This document shows, piece after piece, positions 59,833 through 64,000 of a stretch of 64,000 nt of DNA. The position numbers were made by a program, and so were the translations under genes. A model generated the notes under the pieces. That model worked only from the letters and a program-made list of their open reading frames with translations. It searched no databases and had not been told where the DNA came from. The number at the start of each line of letters is the position of its first letter. Positions within the stretch are counted from its first letter, which is position 1. The DNA lies in NCBI GenBank assembly GCA_963790475.1, contig CAWBOS010000013.1, positions 192,001 to 256,000 of the forward strand, read 5' to 3'. Source of the stretch: an uncultured delta proteobacterium. Its GTDB lineage: Bacteria > Desulfobacterota > RBG-13-43-22.

Positions 59833-60330
59833 GGAAGTCCCCCGTGGACAACTTTCCCGGCAGATTTATTCATTACTGAGACTTGGTATGGTGTTGAATA
59901 CCCATGGGCAGTACCTTTAGTTAACCATGATGGTTTCAGTGCTGGGACTATGTATGCAGTTGATACCTTCCACGTTTCGGATTATTATGATCCTTTTGGA
60001 GGTGCTGGATATATATATAATCATAACATGGCCGTAACTATTGCTACGCTAGGGAATAATTATGGATGGTCAAGTTTTCCTGGTGGATCTGTTACATGGA
60101 ACTCACTAGGTCTCCCGGGTAATCCCAATTATAGAATAGATGTAGATATTCCTATATATGAAGATGACCCAAATGGGATATTTGCTCTTAATTGGGGGAC
60201 AGCCACTTGTGCTAATGATGTTGTATCAGGTCAGGTTCCTAATTCTGTTCCAGAACCAACAACCTTGTTGCTGCTTGGTTGTGGAATTGTTGGATTAGCC
60301 GGTTTTGAAAGACGCCGCTTTAAAAAATAA
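59833..60330 (+). pseudogene. C-terminal part of a PEP-CTERM protein
   Basis: AT-rich frame open from 59833 with no start; ends VPEPTTLLLLGCGIVGLAGFERRRFKK. Confidence 0.8.
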
Positions 60331-60558
60331 TCCACCTTTAACAACTTCAAAACACAAATGCAGGGTCGGAAATGTCCTTGCATTTTTTTTGCACAGTTCG
60401 AATGATAATCGTAAAAAGGTGGGGGGGGGATTTAAGCTCCCGCAGGATTTCGCCCAAGCTGAATTCACCTTAACATCTCAGATCTACACCCTACAAAAGA
60501 TTCTTTGCACAACCTCACTTTCCTATTGACATAGACAAATATTCGGCTCAAAGTAAAA

Positions 60559-60577
60559 AGTACCACAATGTGGTACT
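60559..60577. promoter_or_regulatory. Perfect palindromic operator
   Basis: AGTACCACA-A-TGTGGTACT; near-identical to 7450-7466; TTGACA at 60526. Confidence 0.7.
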
Positions 60578-60764
60578 GTCACAGGAGAGGGGAATTAATT
60601 CAATTAGAGATCCCAATGATCCAGAAATGTGGAGGAGGCGTACATAGGAAGAGAGAGATGTGATGAGTAAAGGTGGTTGAAAAAGCCTTTGTTAACAAGA
60701 GATTTTTAGGGAGCACAGTACCTAAAGACAATGAAAACAATGCAATTTCCAAAAGGAGGAGAAT

Positions 60765-61256
60765 ATGAAACGGTTACTATCGGTAGCACTAATGGTCTTG
60801 GTGAGCGTGGTCGGGATATCGATGATCAATCCTGTCATTGCTCAGCAATCTCCACCGACGTCCGAGAAAGCAAAACAGATCGAAATGCTGGTCAACAAAG
60901 CCGCGGCACTGATCGAGAGTACAGGGAAGGCAGCCTTCCTTGAGTTCAGAAAGAAGGATACCGAATGGTTCAGGGGCGACACATACTTGTTCGTCTACGA
61001 TTTGAAGTCGAACGTATTGCTCAATGCCGCTTTTCCAGCGCGTGAAGGGACCAACACCACCGGTCAGAAAGATGCTAATGGCAAGTTGTTTCACCACGAA
61101 TTTATTCAAATGGCTGAATCCAAGGGATCGGGATGGGTCGACTACATGTTCCCGAAACCAGGGCAAACCCAAGCATCGCAGAAATGGGCCTATGTGAAGG
61201 CGGTTAAGGTGGAAGGAGTTCCGAGCTTAGTCGCTTCGGGCTTCTACCCCGAGTAG
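60765..61256 (+). CDS. Stand-alone periplasmic single-Cache domain protein
   Basis: Signal peptide; YLFVYD, KDANGK and GSGWVDYMFPKP. Confidence 0.88.
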   Translation: MKRLLSVALMVLVSVVGISMINPVIAQQSPPTSEKAKQIEMLVNKAAALIESTGKAAFLEFRKKDTEWFRGDTYLFVYDLKSNVLLNAAFPAREGTNTTGQKDANGKLFHHEFIQMAESKGSGWVDYMFPKPGQTQASQKWAYVKAVKVEGVPSLVASGFYPE

Positions 61257-61345
61257 CCCCTGGAGATCAGCCAGGGTGTTGCAGCCGATATCAGAATTTG
61301 GGTCTATAAACAAGCAATAAATTAGAAATCAGCAAGGGAGTTAGG

Positions 61346-64000
61346 ATGATTTGTCCCAAGTGTCAAACCGACCTTCCTGACTTAGCCAAATTCTGCAAAA
61401 AGTGCGGCCAAAGGATAGAGATGGTTTGTCCTGAATGCGGTAAAAGCATACCTCCTGACAGCATATTTTGTCTCGAATGCGGACACCTATTATCCGACAC
61501 CTCCAAGCCTGCCCTAAAAGACCTGACCTTCGACGAGAAACTGACTAAGATCCAGAAGTATCTCCCCGGCAATATCACAGAAAAGATCCTTTCCCAGCGA
61601 GATCGGATCGAGGGGGAACGGAAACAGGTCTCCGTGCTGTTTACCGACATGTCAGGCTATACTACCATGTCGGAGAAACTCGATGCCGAGGAGGTTTACT
61701 CCCTCATGGATCAGGTCTATGAGATCCTCATCCACAAGGTCACGGAGTACGGAGGGACGGTGAATGAGTTTACCGGTGACGGGATCATGGCCCTCTTCGG
61801 TGCCCCCATCGCCCTGGAGGATGCCCCCCAGCGAGCGATCCGGGCCAGTTCAGCCATCCACCGGGAGATCGTCCAGTTCAATGAGAGGATGAGGAGGGAG
61901 AAACCCGGGCATATTGCTCTCCGGATGAGGGCGGGTATCCATACTGGTCCTGTGGTGGTTGGTACAGTGGGTAACGACCTCCGGGTCACTTTCACGGCTA
62001 TAGGTGACACAGTGAACCTTGCCTCCCGGATGGAATCCCTGGCCGAACCGGGAAGCACCTGTGTAAGTGAGGATACTTTTAAATTGACGGAAGGACTGTT
62101 CCGCTTTGAGGGATTGGGTGAAAAAGAAATCAAGGGTAAGGAGAAGTCTGTCTATGTCTACCGGGTAATAGCCCCCAGTACCAGCCGTACCCGCTTTGAT
62201 GTCAGTGCTGAGCGGGGATTGACGCCCTTCGTCGGGAGAGATCGGGAACGAGAACTTTTACTTGATGGCTTTGAGCGTGCCCGTTCCGGCAGAGGCCAGG
62301 CGGTCTCCATCGTTTCCGAAGCGGGGATGGGGAAATCTCGTCTGCTATATGAATTCCGCAAGGCCATACTCAACGAAGACATCACATTCCTGGAAGGCAA
62401 ATGCCTCTCCTTTGGCCGGAGTGTGGCTTACCAACCCATCACCGACATCCTGAAATCAAACTTCGACATCCGGGAGGGCGATTGGGACCCCGTTATACGC
62501 AAGAAGGTTACCCAGGGCCTTCAAACCATCTCCGTGGAAGAAGGTCCTGCCATGCCTTATATCCTGGAGCTTCTCTCCGTCAAGGACAGCGGCATTGAGA
62601 AGATCACCATGTCACCCGAAGGGAAGAAGGACAAGACTATAGAGACCCTGAAAAGGATCATTCTGAAGGGTTCTGAGATACGGCCCCTGGTCATAGCTAT
62701 TGAAGATTTACACTGGATTGATAAGACCTCAGAAGATGTTCTCAAGTATCTCCTGGAAAGCATCGCCGGTGCCAGGATGCTGTTGATCTTTACCTACCGC
62801 CCGGAGTTCATCCCAACTTGGGGCGCCCGCTCGTACCACAACCAGCTTCTGCTCAACCGCCTTTCCAACCGGGAGAGTCTATTAATGGCCACCCATATAC
62901 TGGATACGGAGGATCTGGAAACCGCCCTGGAAGAGGTCATCCTGGAGAAGACCGAAGGGATCCCTTTCTTTGTAGAAGAGTTCATCAAGTCAATGAAGGA
63001 TTTGGGCTTCATCGAAAGAAAGGACGCCACCTACCGCATCTCTAAAGAGCTCCAAACGATCCGCATTCCCTCCACCATTCAAGACATCATCATGGCCCGA
63101 GTGGACGCCCTGCCCGAGGGGGCCAAGGAACTGCTCCAGGTAGGCTCCCTCATCGAGCGTGAGTTTTCTTATAAACTCATCAAGGCGGCCATGCATCTCC
63201 CGGAAGAAGAACTGCTCCGACGCCTCTCCTTCCTCAAGGATGCAGAGCTGCTCTACGAGCGAGGCTTATTTCCCGATTCCACCTTCATCTTCAAACACGC
63301 CCTGACCCGTGAGGTGGTCTATGACACCCTCCTGGAGAGGAAGAAAAAAGAGATCCACATAAACATCGGGAAAGCCATCGAGGAGGTGTACAAAGACAAT
63401 CTTGAGGAGATGGTTAGCGCTCTGGCGGAACACTTCGAAGAGGGCGGTGATTACGAGAAGGCGGCGACATACTTCCATTTGGCTCAAAGGCGTGCCCGGA
63501 GCACGTCGGCGATCCTTGATTCCATAGCTTTCTCCAGGAAAGAAGTCTCCTGCCTGGAAAAACTCCCCAGCAGCGTTGAAATGCAAAAACGGGTCATCGA
63601 CGCCAGGGTCATCTTGGCCTACAACTGCAATTCTTTTAACCATTATGTTGAGGCCAGGGATGCTGTCACTCCTATCTTCGATCTCGTTCACCAGTTCGAA
63701 TACCGGAAAAGACTTCCCGCAATCTATAGCATTATGGCGACTTATCTCATTATGGTTGAAGAAAGACACAACGAAGCAGAAACTCGTCAGTACCTATTGG
63801 ATGCGCAGAGGCTCGCCTTGGAAGCGAGAGATTACCAATCTCTATGGACAGCGTATAACTACGAGGGTTTTGCATATGGATGTGACTGTGAGTTTGCCGA
63901 GGGAGAATCCCGCTTACTTCGCGTCATAGAGATTTCTGAAGAAATAGCCAAAGTGACAGGGAGCGTGGTGGGGCTGGTATGGGCGAAGTGCAACATCGCG
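61346..64000 (+). CDS. Double zinc ribbon-class III adenylate/guanylate cyclase-AAA ATPase-TPR protein, partial
   Basis: MICPKC; GERKQVSVLFTD; FTGDGIMALFG; GDTVNLASR; EAGMGKSRL; IEDLHWID; same frame at the window end. Confidence 0.92.
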   Translation, partial: MICPKCQTDLPDLAKFCKKCGQRIEMVCPECGKSIPPDSIFCLECGHLLSDTSKPALKDLTFDEKLTKIQKYLPGNITEKILSQRDRIEGERKQVSVLFTDMSGYTTMSEKLDAEEVYSLMDQVYEILIHKVTEYGGTVNEFTGDGIMALFGAPIALEDAPQRAIRASSAIHREIVQFNERMRREKPGHIALRMRAGIHTGPVVVGTVGNDLRVTFTAIGDTVNLASRMESLAEPGSTCVSEDTFKLTEGLFRFEGLGEKEIKGKEKSVYVYRVIAPSTSRTRFDVSAERGLTPFVGRDRERELLLDGFERARSGRGQAVSIVSEAGMGKSRLLYEFRKAILNEDITFLEGKCLSFGRSVAYQPITDILKSNFDIREGDWDPVIRKKVTQGLQTISVEEGPAMPYILELLSVKDSGIEKITMSPEGKKDKTIETLKRIILKGSEIRPLVIAIEDLHWIDKTSEDVLKYLLESIAGARMLLIFTYRPEFIPTWGARSYHNQLLLNRLSNRESLLMATHILDTEDLETALEEVILEKTEGIPFFVEEFIKSMKDLGFIERKDATYRISKELQTIRIPSTIQDIIMARVDALPEGAKELLQVGSLIEREFSYKLIKAAMHLPEEELLRRLSFLKDAELLYERGLFPDSTFIFKHALTREVVYDTLLERKKKEIHINIGKAIEEVYKDNLEEMVSALAEHFEEGGDYEKAATYFHLAQRRARSTSAILDSIAFSRKEVSCLEKLPSSVEMQKRVIDARVILAYNCNSFNHYVEARDAVTPIFDLVHQFEYRKRLPAIYSIMATYLIMVEERHNEAETRQYLLDAQRLALEARDYQSLWTAYNYEGFAYGCDCEFAEGESRLLRVIEISEEIAKVTGSVVGLVWAKCNIA

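Overview
Bacterial chromosomal window of roughly 50% GC (estimated by eye). The gene content suggests an anaerobic Desulfobacterota/deltaproteobacterium; this is an inference. Positions 1-16 kb form an arsenic/metal island: acr3, arsP, arsR, a CDF transporter, thioredoxins, ccdA, a TtrBCA/SrdBCA-like molybdoenzyme, a porin, an arsC remnant and FmdE. The strongest finding is absent from the ORF track: a 107-aa thioredoxin-fold gene at 321-644, directly upstream of acr3, in which both conserved Cys positions are in-frame TGA codons, each followed by a SECIS-like hairpin. It is a predicted double-selenocysteine protein. Positions 16-31 kb hold acyl-CoA catabolic genes, a group II intron and a TPR protein. 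Positions 31-45 kb hold many deletion-scarred gene fragments and a DUF72-ligD-ku-TPR NHEJ cluster surrounded by MITEs and REP-like repeats. Positions 45-64 kb hold a thiolase-abfD operon, an M48 peptidase, a YdbH/YdbL pair, glnS, a Cache protein and an adenylate cyclase-AAA-TPR gene running off the end. I saw no rRNA, tRNA or CRISPR array. Family calls come from motif recognition, not database searches.
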